From Candidatus Bathyarchaeota archaeon (GTDB taxonomy: Archaea; Thermoproteota; Bathyarchaeia; Hecatellales; Hecatellaceae), in contig JBQPWD010000006.1 of NCBI GenBank assembly GCA_052246995.1, positions 90,970 through 154,969 on the forward strand: a stretch of 64,000 bases of DNA, read 5' to 3'. Position numbers and translations under genes: made by a program. Of the stretch, positions 29,299-39,987 are shown in pieces. The notes below the pieces were generated by a model that saw nothing but the letters and a program-made list of their open reading frames with translations, had not been told where the DNA came from and did not search any database. The number at the start of each line of letters is the position of its first letter. Within the stretch, counting starts at the first letter, position 1.

Positions 29299-30270
29299 TT
29301 AACCATAAACCTCAAAAACTTCCTTAGGTAAGATTATAGGCTTAGAAAACCTGTCATAGTCATCTAAACCAACTCTTGGACATGCAGTATTAACGTAAAC
29401 ATCAATTTCAGGAAAGTTTTCCAAGTTTTCAGGGGTAATTTCGTTTAAACAAAAAAGAAAAACATTTTTTCCGTTTTTCCTCAAAACCCTGTAGACGTCT
29501 TCGGCTAGCTTCATGTTTTTCTGACCTGGTTTTAAACCAACCAAGATGCCAACTTTGTTTGCTTCAACAAGCTTAGCTAAAGCAACCTTTCTGTAAGCTA
29601 AAATTTTGCTTCCAACGGTAGAAACGTCCAGAATGCTTCCGACATATAAGTCTGCTGAAAAAACAGGTTTCCTTGTTTCTAGAAAAATTCCTAAAGGATG
29701 GAAAATTCCTCCACCAATATAAAGGTAGGCGTCAACAAGGTTTAAAACATTTTTTACGGTTGTATAGTCACAACCAAGAACCTGTCCATCGTATACCGCT
29801 AATCCACCCGCTTTTCCAATGTAAACTTTAAACCCCTCATTTTCAAGAAAGGTTTTAGCATCATTAAGCTTATGAACATGTTGAATGTTTGAAGCTAAGC
29901 CTATATTTCTGTAGGGTTTAATGGTGGAAGGAATTTTTGTAAGGATTTCATCTAAGCTGGTTGTGGCTTCAGCCTTGATGTATAAAACTTTGACACCATC
30001 AACTTCATCTTTTAAATGTTTAAATGGTGTATGGCCATAATGGATGATTAAATCAACATTCAAGTTTTTGGCAGCATCTAATGCTAAATCACATGCCCCA
30101 TAGCATGGGTCAGCTGAAATGAAAATGGTAGCATTAGTTTTACTTCCAATTTCTGTTAAAATTTTACTTCCATAGGGTTTTAACCCTTCCGGAAGTTGGA
30201 GAAGTACTCTTTTAGCTTGAAGTTTTAAAATACTTTCTAAAACCTTTTTAACATCAAAATTGAAGCTCAA
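29299..30270 (-). CDS. dph2: diphthamide biosynthesis enzyme Dph2
   Basis: LQLPEGLK, PCYGACD, GQVLGCD, TACPR. Confidence 0.95.
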   Translation of the reverse strand: MSFNFDVKKVLESILKLQAKRVLLQLPEGLKPYGSKILTEIGSKTNATIFISADPCYGACDLALDAAKNLNVDLIIHYGHTPFKHLKDEVDGVKVLYIKAEATTSLDEILTKIPSTIKPYRNIGLASNIQHVHKLNDAKTFLENEGFKVYIGKAGGLAVYDGQVLGCDYTTVKNVLNLVDAYLYIGGGIFHPLGIFLETRKPVFSADLYVGSILDVSTVGSKILAYRKVALAKLVEANKVGILVGLKPGQKNMKLAEDVYRVLRKNGKNVFLFCLNEITPENLENFPEIDVYVNTACPRVGLDDYDRFSKPIILPKEVFEVYG

Positions 30271-30283
30271 TCTTACACTTTGT

Positions 30284-30814
30284 TTACTGCTTATCTGAAC
30301 TTGAAACTTGGATTAAGCATGGGGTTGGAAGTTTGCTTGCACCTATACGTAAAGCGTTCTTAGCAACCTCAACACCTTCAGGATTTACATCAACAATCAT
30401 TATAGGCTGGTTTGCCTCAACTCTTGCAGCTAAACCTACAGGTTTGCCAAATGCTCTACGCATACCTTCCTGAAGTCTGTCAGCACCAGCAAAAGCCATC
30501 ATTTTGTTCTCCCTTAAAACAACATGAGGAAATGGGACAACTTTAAGCCGGTAATTTTTTTCTCCAAGCTTATCTAACAAAGCCTTATTTACAGCTACAC
30601 GTGCAGCTTCAAGAGCGTTATGGGTTATTTGAACCCTACGTTCAGATATAAGGCTAACACTACAGGAAAAATTTCCTGTAGGGTCGCCCATAACAAACTT
30701 TGAGATTTTTGGCTGAGGAGCTCCTTTAATATACTCCCGTCTAACATAAGCCATGCTCCTACCTATCTTATACCTTCCACCCCTCAAACCGACAGCCTCC
30801 AGCAAATTCTTCAA
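30284..30814 (-). CDS. rpl10e: 50S ribosomal protein uL16 (L10e)
   Basis: ALEAARVAVNK, PHVVLRENKM..AGADRLQEGMRRAFGKP; start uncertain. Confidence 0.95.
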   Translation of the reverse strand: MKNLLEAVGLRGGRYKIGRSMAYVRREYIKGAPQPKISKFVMGDPTGNFSCSVSLISERRVQITHNALEAARVAVNKALLDKLGEKNYRLKVVPFPHVVLRENKMMAFAGADRLQEGMRRAFGKPVGLAARVEANQPIMIVDVNPEGVEVAKNALRIGASKLPTPCLIQVSSSDKQ

Positions 30815-30828
30815 TCAACTTGAAATAT

Positions 30829-32505
30829 TTAAGTTTTAGATTGAGGAATAAGCTTAAAAGCTCTTTTAACACGGTTTGAAGCATCAAGCTTCCTATTAAC
30901 CACTAATTTTTGCAGTTTAATTGTGGTTAAACTTGTGGTTAGGGCTATTGTTAAAATCATGAAAAAGCCTGATGCTACAGTTAAAATGGTTGGTGAAAAT
31001 ATTTCACCTAGGGCTAGTAGAATTATGCTGGTTAGCCATGTAAACAGAATTGGTTTAAGCTTATTTTGTTTTAGTTGAAGGTTACTATGGTATTTTCTTA
31101 AAACCAGTGTTATAACCAGGGTTATTGGGGTGAAGTATATCAAGCCTACCAAGATACCTGTAACAAGTCCAGCCATAAATATTCCAATTTCACCATTAAA
31201 GCTAAACACTGTATAAGTTAAGGTTGCAGTATAAAGTATCCATAAAAGTGGGTAGAGTATAACTTGCACTACAGGTTTTAGTGTAGGATATGTCCAGATT
31301 AGGTTGGCAACGTAAGGACTCCAAGCATAATACCACGCATTAAACAGCTTCATAAACTGGCTTCCAGCGTAGGTTTTGTAGACTATTGTTTCCCTAAAAC
31401 CTCTAAGACACTGTACTTGTGGCGCTAATTCTGATTCGTATGTTGCTGTTGCAACTATACATCTTTTTTCCACAGCCTCAAATGTTAACTCCTGGCTTTC
31501 ACTAGCCTCATATTTTTCATCTCCTTTCCAGCTAGCTTTAACCTTCCACGTTCCACCAGCATCAGGCGTGATTGTATCCGTGAAAACCCCATTTAAATTT
31601 GTGGTTGAAATGTGGATTATTTTTACTCCTCCAGCTTTAATGTATGTTAATGTTACCTCTACACCTGCAAGTGGTGGTGTAATCTTACCTTCTATGGTAA
31701 GCTTTTTTCCAACATCAACTTCCCTGGGTAATGGTGAAATTTCTAGGCTAGTAGAAATTTTAGCAGCTGTAAATGTTACGCTTTTGCTTGTAGCTCCATC
31801 ATAAACAGAATCCCCAAGCCAGCTTGCGTAAACTTCCCATACACCGCTTAAGTTAGGCTTAAAAACATCAGAAAAAATTCCATCAGATGTTGTTATGACT
31901 TTATGAGTAGCCTCTACTTTACCTGTTCTAGCATATGTTATTGTGACTTCAACATTCACACGTGGAGGCTCTATTTTACCAGTTATGAAAACTTCTTCAC
32001 CAATTTTAACTTTTAAAGGTGAAGCTAAAACTGTGATGGTGCTTGCAGGCTTCCCGACACTTACTATGAAAGAAACCGTATTAGATATTTTTGTTAGATT
32101 TGTTACACTTCTTTGACACCAAATTTTAAGAGTAAAGTTTCCAATTTTTTCAGGTGTCCACATTATGCCAGCCGTATAAGTCTTACCAGCTGGAACTGTA
32201 AGCAGTATTAGGTTTTTAAAGATGATGCCTCGAGCATCCTCAATTTGAACTATAAAAGCACAATCTACATCCTTGCTACTTAAATTTGTTAAATTTGAGG
32301 AAATTAGTGTAGGTGAATCTACCGTCAACTTTGTAACTGGTTTACCAGCTGTAGAAAGAAAGAAGGGTTCAGATACAAGTATTAGTGCACCATTAACAGC
32401 TTCCTGCTTAGCATAAACTGTTGAAACATTTAATACTAATGCAAAACTTGAAAACATCAAAACCACAGTTAAAACTACAATAGAAAAACAGTTAAACTTC
32501 AACAT
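30829..32505 (-). CDS. secreted Ig-like repeat surface protein with CFI-box-CTERM domain
   Basis: Signal peptide; two ~97-aa beta-rich repeats (..ASWLGD../..ASWKGD..); RCIVATATYESELAPQVQCLRGFR followed by TM helices. Confidence 0.82.
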   Translation of the reverse strand: MLKFNCFSIVVLTVVLMFSSFALVLNVSTVYAKQEAVNGALILVSEPFFLSTAGKPVTKLTVDSPTLISSNLTNLSSKDVDCAFIVQIEDARGIIFKNLILLTVPAGKTYTAGIMWTPEKIGNFTLKIWCQRSVTNLTKISNTVSFIVSVGKPASTITVLASPLKVKIGEEVFITGKIEPPRVNVEVTITYARTGKVEATHKVITTSDGIFSDVFKPNLSGVWEVYASWLGDSVYDGATSKSVTFTAAKISTSLEISPLPREVDVGKKLTIEGKITPPLAGVEVTLTYIKAGGVKIIHISTTNLNGVFTDTITPDAGGTWKVKASWKGDEKYEASESQELTFEAVEKRCIVATATYESELAPQVQCLRGFRETIVYKTYAGSQFMKLFNAWYYAWSPYVANLIWTYPTLKPVVQVILYPLLWILYTATLTYTVFSFNGEIGIFMAGLVTGILVGLIYFTPITLVITLVLRKYHSNLQLKQNKLKPILFTWLTSIILLALGEIFSPTILTVASGFFMILTIALTTSLTTIKLQKLVVNRKLDASNRVKRAFKLIPQSKT

Positions 32506-32691
32506 TTTTACTAAACTTCCTAGGTAACCCCTTTAACCCTAAGCTAAGGTTGCACGCTTATTTAAAATTAATCATCAACATTAAAGTATACTTGTAAAGG
32601 TTAAAAATAGAAGTAAACAACTTTAAAGGAAAACGCTACGTTTTAATTTAAATGTTCAGGGAAATCTGGCAACTTTGGAGGTTCTTCTTTT

Positions 32692-33213
32692 ATGATACTT
32701 TCAGATAGAGAATTGGAAGAATACATTAAAAAGGGAATTTTGGTTGTAAAACCGTTAAGTAAGGAAACTATACGTGAAAACGGTCTAGATTTACGTTTAG
32801 GTGAAAACTTTGCAACAACAAAAAGTTTAAGGGAAACGTTAAACATCAGAGGAAAGGTAAATGTTGAAGACTATTATAAGGTTAGAAAGGCTAAAAGTTT
32901 TATTTTAAAACCCAATAGAAGGATTTTGGTTTCAACATTGGAGTATATTGAAGTTCCACCAAATCTTGTTGGATTTATAAATTTGCGTTCAACTTTTGCA
33001 AGGTTAGGCTTGATTCTTCCACCAACAATTGTTGATGGAGGGTTTAAGGGAAATTTAACAGTAGGACTTGTAGGTGGAAGTTTTCCAGTAAAACTTTATG
33101 CTGGTGAAAGATTTTTACATCTTGTTTTTGCTAAGTTAGCCTCACCAGTTAAAAAGTTGTATAGGGGGAAGTATCAGGGACAAAGAGGAGTAACTCTTCC
33201 AAGATTTGATTAA
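32692..33213 (+). CDS. dcd: dCTP deaminase
   Basis: MILSDRE, ENGLDLRL, LRSTFARLG, VDGGFKG, YRGKYQGQRG. Confidence 0.92.
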   Translation: MILSDRELEEYIKKGILVVKPLSKETIRENGLDLRLGENFATTKSLRETLNIRGKVNVEDYYKVRKAKSFILKPNRRILVSTLEYIEVPPNLVGFINLRSTFARLGLILPPTIVDGGFKGNLTVGLVGGSFPVKLYAGERFLHLVFAKLASPVKKLYRGKYQGQRGVTLPRFD

Positions 33214-33218
33214 AAGTT

Positions 33219-33833
33219 TTAGATATATGGCTTAAAAGCTTCAAAGCAAAAAATCTCTTCAAAATCAAACTTCTCTTTACCAACAATGTTAACAGTAAAA
33301 CCTTTTTTAGTAAACATTTTAAATGTTTTTTTAACATTTGAGAGAGATGATTGAACCATTATAACTTTACCATTCCTTTCCAAAAATTTTTCAACATCAA
33401 CAATAAATCTATCAATAACTCTTCTTCCGTTAAAACCACCATTCCAAGCTTTTTCTAACCAGCCTCCAATTCTCTCACTTTTTTTAACTGGAAGATATGG
33501 TGGATTAAATACTATCAGGTTGAACTTTTCATTTTGTTTTACTGGTTTGAATAGATTTCCAAGTCTAGCTTCAACTTTACCTTCTAAACCATTTAACCTT
33601 GCATTTTCCAATGTTAACTGAACCGCGTAAGGGTTAATATCAACGGCAACAACTTTAGAGGCTTTTTTAGCTGCAACCAAGCTTACAATACCACAACCAC
33701 ACCCAACCTCTAAAACAACATCACCATCTTTAACATTAAGGTTTTTTATCAATAGAAAAGTATCCTCTGAAGGTTTGTAAACTTTATCCGAAATCTTAAC
33801 TTTAAAACCTTCAAACTCCAAAAATCTATCCAA
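33219..33833 (-). CDS. HemK2/PrmC-like protein methyltransferase
   Basis: VYKPSEDTFLL, EVGCGCG, FNPPY, AWNGG; TTG start at 33833 just after the ksgA stop. Confidence 0.9.
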   Translation of the reverse strand: MDRFLEFEGFKVKISDKVYKPSEDTFLLIKNLNVKDGDVVLEVGCGCGIVSLVAAKKASKVVAVDINPYAVQLTLENARLNGLEGKVEARLGNLFKPVKQNEKFNLIVFNPPYLPVKKSERIGGWLEKAWNGGFNGRRVIDRFIVDVEKFLERNGKVIMVQSSLSNVKKTFKMFTKKGFTVNIVGKEKFDFEEIFCFEAFKPYI

Positions 33834-33834
33834 T

Positions 33835-34674
33835 TTAGGTTTCCACCTTTTCAGCAAATTTTTGATGAAAAATATTTGAAATTTCACAGATTTCTTCAGG
33901 TTTAAGCGTAAAAACCTTTCTTTCAAGGTAGGGTAAACTGGGAATGATGTTTTTAATCCAGTTAAAACCATTATAATTGGAAAATATTCTTAATGCGTTT
34001 TTAAGTTTCTTGTTTCTTTGAGTAAAAAGAACATTTACTGTTTGCTTAAACATACTCCAACTTTCAATATTTAACGGTGGCTCCTTCTTAGGTACCACCT
34101 TCACAACTATTGAGGAAACCTCAGGTTTTGGATAGAAGGAGGAGGCTGAAACTTCTTCTAAAAATTCAACTTCACATTTAACATAAGCCATAACAGTAAG
34201 CCTACTATAATCCTTTTCCCCAGGTTTTGCTTTAAGTCTTAAAGCAAACTCTTTTTGTAGTAGTAGTAATGCTACCTCAAACCCTTCCTCCAGAATTTTA
34301 AAAAATATTCTTGAAATTTCAGAGTATGGTGGACTTGAAACAACCTTGTTGTATAAACCTTTAAAGTTTAATTTACAAAAATCACCAAAAACAACCTCAA
34401 CATTATCTTTTCCAGAAAACTTTTCTTTAAGAAAATTGTAAAGTTTTGGGTCTAACTCTACACAAATAACTTTACCAGCCTTTTTAGCTAAAATTTCGGT
34501 TAAAAAACCAAAACCTGCTCCAACATCAACAACAACATCATCACCTTTTACTCCAGCGTATTCCACCATTCTCTCCATTAAACCTTTATCTACAAGAAAA
34601 TTTTGTCCAAACCTTTTTTTTGGCTTTAACCTACAGCTTATAATAAGCTGTTTAACATCAAATTTTAAACTCAT
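33835..34674 (-). CDS. rsmA: 16S rRNA dimethyladenosine transferase KsgA/Dim1
   Basis: KKRFGQNFL, DVGAGFG, QKEFALRL, YSRLTV, FYPKPEV. Confidence 0.95.
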   Translation of the reverse strand: MSLKFDVKQLIISCRLKPKKRFGQNFLVDKGLMERMVEYAGVKGDDVVVDVGAGFGFLTEILAKKAGKVICVELDPKLYNFLKEKFSGKDNVEVVFGDFCKLNFKGLYNKVVSSPPYSEISRIFFKILEEGFEVALLLLQKEFALRLKAKPGEKDYSRLTVMAYVKCEVEFLEEVSASSFYPKPEVSSIVVKVVPKKEPPLNIESWSMFKQTVNVLFTQRNKKLKNALRIFSNYNGFNWIKNIIPSLPYLERKVFTLKPEEICEISNIFHQKFAEKVET

Positions 34675-34681
34675 ACCTCAA

Positions 34682-35236
34682 TTAAACATGACGTGTAAAT
34701 ATTTTATATTTTTGGCTTGAGGTTAACTCTTCAACAATTCTTTTAGATATAACCTTTACAGGATCGGGTATACCTGCTCTTTTTCGAATATCCTCAAAAC
34801 TTTTGAACGGTTCCCTTTCCCTTTCATTTATAATTTGCCACATATGTTTTTTACCTACTCCGGGTAGAAGCTCAAAAACATGCATTCTCGGGGAAATAGG
34901 TTGGGCTTTATTAAAAAATTCAACAAACCTTTTCTCGTTAGATTTAACAATGTTTTCAATAACTATTGGCAGTTCAGCTTTAGCTGTAGGGGTGAGGTCT
35001 TCATAGGATATTCTTCCAATAACATGGTTAACTTTATCCCTATTCTCCTTACCAATATAAACCTTTTCATGGAGAGTTACAGATACACCAGGCTTTAATG
35101 TTGCTTCCAAGAGAGTGAAAAACTCCTCGCCTACAATTTGTACTAAAGGTTCTCTCCTAATGTTTTTAGCAACCGGTTTACCTTCTGGAAGAAAATCCAG
35201 TATATATGCTACTTCTTCGTAACGCTTCTTCTCCAT
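34682..35236 (-). CDS. DUF655 putative nucleotide-binding protein
   Basis: YEEVAYILDFLPEG, GEEFFTLLE, RMHVFELLPGVGKK; lies upstream of ksgA as usual. Confidence 0.9.
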   Translation of the reverse strand: MEKKRYEEVAYILDFLPEGKPVAKNIRREPLVQIVGEEFFTLLEATLKPGVSVTLHEKVYIGKENRDKVNHVIGRISYEDLTPTAKAELPIVIENIVKSNEKRFVEFFNKAQPISPRMHVFELLPGVGKKHMWQIINEREREPFKSFEDIRKRAGIPDPVKVISKRIVEELTSSQKYKIFTRHV

Positions 35237-35427
35237 TATAGGTTTCCTCTTACTCTTTCCTCTAAAAGAGGAAATGTAAAGCAAGCATATAAAGGATATT
35301 ACCAAAAGGTTTAAATAAAACTTTTACAGCTAGGTTAGCTGTAACTTCTTCAAAAAAATTGTAAAAAACATAAACACTAATTTTTTAAGTTAGGGGGTAA
35401 ATATCTGTTTCAACAGGTTAAAGGGGG

Positions 35428-36093
35428 ATGTTGGTGGTTTTTCCAAGTGAAAGTGCTGAACAGTTAAGAAGAAGACTTCTTGAAACTTGTCAAGACCATT
35501 TTAGAAAGGTTTTAGATATACTTCGCGAGGTACGATTGATGATTTCGGCATACCAAACCAACAACGAAAATGAGGTGTACAACCATCATAACAACATTCT
35601 TAAACTTAACGAGGAAAGTTCTAAAAAGAAAAAAGATATCATAGTTGAGGTTGCAGAGGTTGGAGCAGTTCTCTTGAGTAAAGATGACTTTGTAAGGCTG
35701 TTATCACACGTTGAAACAATCTCAGATTATTGCACAGGAATATCACATAGAATGGTTGAACTTGTAAAAAGAAGGTGGAAGGTTAAAAATGAGATTATGA
35801 AAAGTGTGGAAGATTTATGTGAGGCTACACTTAACTGTGTAACAAAACTTAGAGAGGCAATTATCGCCTTAATTTACGGGGGACCTAAAGTTTTTGAGGT
35901 TGTAGAGCAGGTTGACGCTGCTGAGAAAAATGTTGACAACATTTATCGAAAAGTTGACATCATGATTTTGGCCAGTCGTATGAAGCTTCCTGTAATGTTT
36001 ATAATCAGAGAAATTGCAGAATTTCTTGAGGGTATAGCGGATGTTTGTGAGGACACAGGCGACATTGTAAGAATTTTGGCAATAACAACTTAA
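35428..36093 (+). CDS. DUF47 / PhoU-like helical protein
   Basis: Repeated helical bundle; EKNVDNIYRK, LEGIADVCEDTGD. Confidence 0.82.
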   Translation: MLVVFPSESAEQLRRRLLETCQDHFRKVLDILREVRLMISAYQTNNENEVYNHHNNILKLNEESSKKKKDIIVEVAEVGAVLLSKDDFVRLLSHVETISDYCTGISHRMVELVKRRWKVKNEIMKSVEDLCEATLNCVTKLREAIIALIYGGPKVFEVVEQVDAAEKNVDNIYRKVDIMILASRMKLPVMFIIREIAEFLEGIADVCEDTGDIVRILAITT

Positions 36094-36104
36094 AGTTGTA
36101 AGTT

Positions 36105-36656
36105 ATGAGTGAAAAAATCGAGGCAAATCTTGTTGAAAACAAGATTGTTGTTTGGGATGCTAAAAAAGGTAGCGAGCTTTACAAGCTTGGATACTATGGT
36201 AAACCGTTAGGTATACCTAAACCCAAAACACCAGACTTTAACGTACCTTTAATTTTAGACCTTTTTGAGGGTTTATATCTTAAAGAAAAGGGTTTAATTA
36301 CAATTTACGAGGATGATAAAGAGTTAAATAAAAGAGAGCTTGTTAAGAAAGCCAAAAAAACTTACAAAAATTTTCTCCTAAAATACCTTGTGTATAAGGA
36401 CCTTAGGGATAGAAACCTTGTTGTCCAATCTGGAATAAAATTTGGATGTGATTTTGCTGTTTACGAACATGGACCTGGCGTAGAGCATGCGCCATACCTT
36501 ATTCAAGTAAAAAGAGATGTAGAAAACTTGGATGCAACAGAGGTTGTTAGGGCTGGTAGGCTTGCAACAACTGTAAGAAAAAGGTTTATTATAGCAGTAC
36601 CCCAACCTAAAACAGGAAAAGTAGAATATTTGATGTTTAAGTGGTGGAAAGCATAG
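36105..36656 (+). CDS. endA: tRNA splicing endonuclease, catalytic subunit
   Basis: GIKFGCDFAVY..GPGVEHAP (Tyr/His), RLATTVRK (Lys), and a GYYGKPLGIPKPK loop. Confidence 0.93.
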   Translation: MSEKIEANLVENKIVVWDAKKGSELYKLGYYGKPLGIPKPKTPDFNVPLILDLFEGLYLKEKGLITIYEDDKELNKRELVKKAKKTYKNFLLKYLVYKDLRDRNLVVQSGIKFGCDFAVYEHGPGVEHAPYLIQVKRDVENLDATEVVRAGRLATTVRKRFIIAVPQPKTGKVEYLMFKWWKA

Positions 36657-36836
36657 TAAAATGTTTCCCAGAAGTTTTTAGAAGTATTTAACCTTAGTCA
36701 AGAAGTCTAGGTTTAACATAAGCCAGTTTTTAAGTTAGAGGAAGGTGAAAACTCGTAGGAAAGTAAAAAATTGAGGTAAGATTGTCTTTCTTAAGAATAT
36801 TATAAAAATTTTAAAACCTCTGGTGAAAGCTTAACC

Positions 36837-37901
36837 ATGAAGAATATAAGTTTTAGAAGAAGAAAATGTGAAGTTAAATTTTTAAATCCAAATTTAAACT
36901 TTACCCTAGATACTCAGCCAGTTGAGTTTAGGAGAGAACCGTTAACGGGTAAATGGACTTGTAGGTTAAATCTTAAGAGAGCTTTAAGGGTTAAACAGGT
37001 AGTAAAGGAAAGTTCTAAAGAAAGTTTTTTTGAAATCATTGAGAAGTCAAGAAGTGGATGCTTTTTTTGCCCTGAAAATATAGAAAAATCCACTACAATG
37101 TTTCTAAGTAGTATAGCTCCTGAAGGTAGGTTTAAAGTTGGAGATGCATATGTGTTTCCTAATCTTTACCCATTTTCAGAAAACCATGCTGTATGCGTGA
37201 TTTCAAGGGAACATTTTCTAGGTTTAAACCAGTTTAAACCGGAAATTCTTTACAACGCTTTTAAAGCATCAATCAAGTACATTTCAACTATCTATAAGTA
37301 TAATAGGAAAAATGTTTACCCTATCTTAAGCTGGAATCATCTTCCACCATCAGCTGCAAGCATTATCCATCCACACTTCCAGCTGCTTGTAGAAAGTAAA
37401 CCAACAGTACAGGTTAAGGAACTGTTAAGTAAAGGTAAAAGTTACTGGAAAAAATATGGTGAAAACTTTTGGGTTAACCTTGTAAAAACGGAAAAAAATC
37501 TTGGTGAAAGGTTTATAGGTGAAACTGGAAACATTGCTTGGCTTACAAGCTTTGCACCGCAAGGAAATAATGAGGTTTTAGCTGTTTTCACTTCAGCATC
37601 AAACATCTTGGAGGTTGATGATGATGAGTTAATACATTTTTCTAACGGCATATGTAAAATCCTTAAAGGATATCATGAAATAGGTGTTGAAAGCTTTAAC
37701 ATGACAACCTTCTCTGGTCCATTAAACCAAAAATTGGATTATTACAGGTTAAATGCGAAGATTATATCTAGACCAAATTTTAGCCCATATTATGCTTGTG
37801 ATTGTGGCTTTATGGAAAGGTTTCATGGGGAGGTTGTTGTTGAAACAAAGCCTGAAGAAGTAGCAAAAAGATTAAAAGAAATTTTTAACTTAAACTTTTA
37901 A
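36837..37901 (+). CDS. GalT-family (galactose-1-phosphate uridylyltransferase-like) protein
   Basis: RREPLTG, CFFCPE, FPNLYP, ASIIHPHFQ (HxHxQ). Confidence 0.85.
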   Translation: MKNISFRRRKCEVKFLNPNLNFTLDTQPVEFRREPLTGKWTCRLNLKRALRVKQVVKESSKESFFEIIEKSRSGCFFCPENIEKSTTMFLSSIAPEGRFKVGDAYVFPNLYPFSENHAVCVISREHFLGLNQFKPEILYNAFKASIKYISTIYKYNRKNVYPILSWNHLPPSAASIIHPHFQLLVESKPTVQVKELLSKGKSYWKKYGENFWVNLVKTEKNLGERFIGETGNIAWLTSFAPQGNNEVLAVFTSASNILEVDDDELIHFSNGICKILKGYHEIGVESFNMTTFSGPLNQKLDYYRLNAKIISRPNFSPYYACDCGFMERFHGEVVVETKPEEVAKRLKEIFNLNF

Positions 37902-38409
37902 CTTCAACATCCACCATTTCCTCATTAATCCACCATGCCCTTTTTTTACCCATTTTTTCCAAGCTTAAAAAGCTTACTAATGGTTTACCAAGCTTTCTTT
38001 CTGATTCCATGCTTATTCTTTTAAGCCTGTTTAAGATAAGCCACCTATTTAACCCAAGATGTTTAGCCAACTCGTTTGTTGATGCACCTTTAAGCTTAAC
38101 TAAAAGGTTAACTATTTTCTTATCAACTTCATCTCTACAAAAACTGTAGATGTTGGATTCATTTTTATCGTAAACTTTTACACCAATTTCAGCTAAAGCT
38201 TTCACAATTCTTCCAACAAGGTTTTCAATTTCAAAAAGCCTTTTTTCAACATCTTCAAGTCTTTCATACGCTGGAGTTTTTTGAATTTTGTCTATTATTG
38301 CATCACGGATAAAAGTGCTTAGCTTACCCTTAGGTACTTTAAGCTTTAACTCGTCAACAAGGTTTTTTGGAAGTTTAACTGTTAAAAGAACATTTTTTTC
38401 CCTACCCAC
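37885..38409 (-). CDS. ribbon-helix-helix + coiled coil + wHTH DNA-binding protein
   Basis: LLTVKLPKNLVDELK..SxFIRDAI; DEVDKKIVNLL..ASTNELAKHLGLNRWLILNRL. Confidence 0.7.
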   Translation of the reverse strand: MGREKNVLLTVKLPKNLVDELKLKVPKGKLSTFIRDAIIDKIQKTPAYERLEDVEKRLFEIENLVGRIVKALAEIGVKVYDKNESNIYSFCRDEVDKKIVNLLVKLKGASTNELAKHLGLNRWLILNRLKRISMESERKLGKPLVSFLSLEKMGKKRAWWINEEMVDVEVKSLS

Positions 38410-38420
38410 TTAAACCATCC

Positions 38421-39305
38421 TTAAATTATTTTAAGTAATGCTACATTTGAACCTTTACTAACACCTATACTTCGAGCAACAGGATTACATTTAGCTTTAA
38501 GAAGAAAAAGAACTTTAATACCAGTGTTTTTAAGTTCAGTTAAGGTTTCATAGTTTCCCATACCTTTAGCAATAACAAGGTCGGAGCCTAGAAAGATTTT
38601 TTTAATCTCATCTGAAGCTTCACTCCAAATTAAGCCTACGGTATCAGAACCTATTGTTGTAATTTTGTCTGCAAGCTTATCTAGTCCAGCCTCATAGGCA
38701 TCATCTAAAGTTGCATCATTTAGAATAGGTTTATCCTTAACAGCTACCGTTACCCTTAACCCCATAGTTTTTAAACGTTCAACAAGTATACTGTCAAAAA
38801 CAATTTCACCAGCATTATCGGATAGAAAAAGGATGTTTTTTGACCTTTTTAGATGTTTATAAGCTTCAGGTAAATGGTTAACCGTCAACTCTAAGTTTTT
38901 AAATACATCCTCAATTTTTTCAAGTGTAAAATTATACCCTGCAACATCAAACTCTATAGCGTTTGCAGCAACAGAAGTCGTACATGCCCTCTTAAATAGG
39001 AGGTACTCATCTTTTTCATTAGAACCATAGACAAAACTTTTAATTTGAGGAAGCATTTTTAACGCAAGCCTATTTGCCTCTTTCTTATCATCCTTGTAAG
39101 GGTCAACTTTAACAAAATCTTTAATAATTCTATCTCTTAAGGTTCCTATGTAGGCTGGTGTAACATCAGGAGAAAAGTTTTCATAAACAACCTTTAAAAT
39201 TTTACCCATAATTGTTAAAAGGGTACTTCTATCATTAACTACACGTGAAGTTTCTTTACATCCTCGTAGGAGGATACAAGGTACACATTCAGCTTCAATC
39301 TTCAA
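38421..39305 (-). CDS. DUF89/ARMT1-like damage-control phosphatase
   Basis: ECVPC, DPYK, DNAGEIVFD, ILNDAT, AKGMGNYETL, KAKC. Confidence 0.9.
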   Translation of the reverse strand: MKIEAECVPCILLRGCKETSRVVNDRSTLLTIMGKILKVVYENFSPDVTPAYIGTLRDRIIKDFVKVDPYKDDKKEANRLALKMLPQIKSFVYGSNEKDEYLLFKRACTTSVAANAIEFDVAGYNFTLEKIEDVFKNLELTVNHLPEAYKHLKRSKNILFLSDNAGEIVFDSILVERLKTMGLRVTVAVKDKPILNDATLDDAYEAGLDKLADKITTIGSDTVGLIWSEASDEIKKIFLGSDLVIAKGMGNYETLTELKNTGIKVLFLLKAKCNPVARSIGVSKGSNVALLKII

Positions 39306-39987
39306 CTTTAACCACAGCTTTACACATTTCATCTAAAACTTTTTTAGGGTCTTTAGCTTTAACTACCCCGCTAGCTAAGAGTACACCTTTTGTTCCAAGT
39401 TTTATGGCTAAGGAAACATCAATCCCGCTTGAAATACCAGCACCACAAAGCACAGAAATTGAGGGATTTACTAATTTAACAGCTTTAACAGCTTCTGTAA
39501 CAACTTCAGGTTTAGCTCTTGAAACAGGTATGCCTGTACCTATAAGTTCAGGAGGTTCTATGGCTATAACATCAGGATTGTAAACTGCAAGTTTTTGACA
39601 TGCTTCAGGAGTATCTGCACATACTACCGTTACTAAGCCAGTTTCTCTAGCCCTACTAATACAAGCCTCAACAATTTTGGCTTCAACTCTACGTTCAGAG
39701 TGGTTTATAAGTGAACCTACAGCTCCAGCTTCCTTAATGGCTTCAGGTAAAATATGCCCAGTAAAACTTCCAGGCTTGATAGGATCAAAATGTTGAGCTA
39801 AAACAGGTATGGAAACTTCTTCAACAATTGAAGCTAAATCTGTAAATTGAGGTGAAACAGCAACCATAACTCCAAATTCTTTTGAAGAATTTTCACAAGT
39901 CTTTGCAAGCTTTAAGGCTTTTTCTCCAGTGGCTTCAAGGTAACATTTAAAATTTACAATAATAACTGGAAAGCTGAACTTGAACAT
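39295..39987 (-). CDS. tpiA: triosephosphate isomerase (archaeal type)
   Basis: NFKCY, NHSERR, AIEPPELIGTG, CGAGI, LLASG. Confidence 0.96.
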   Translation of the reverse strand: MFKFSFPVIIVNFKCYLEATGEKALKLAKTCENSSKEFGVMVAVSPQFTDLASIVEEVSIPVLAQHFDPIKPGSFTGHILPEAIKEAGAVGSLINHSERRVEAKIVEACISRARETGLVTVVCADTPEACQKLAVYNPDVIAIEPPELIGTGIPVSRAKPEVVTEAVKAVKLVNPSISVLCGAGISSGIDVSLAIKLGTKGVLLASGVVKAKDPKKVLDEMCKAVVKVED

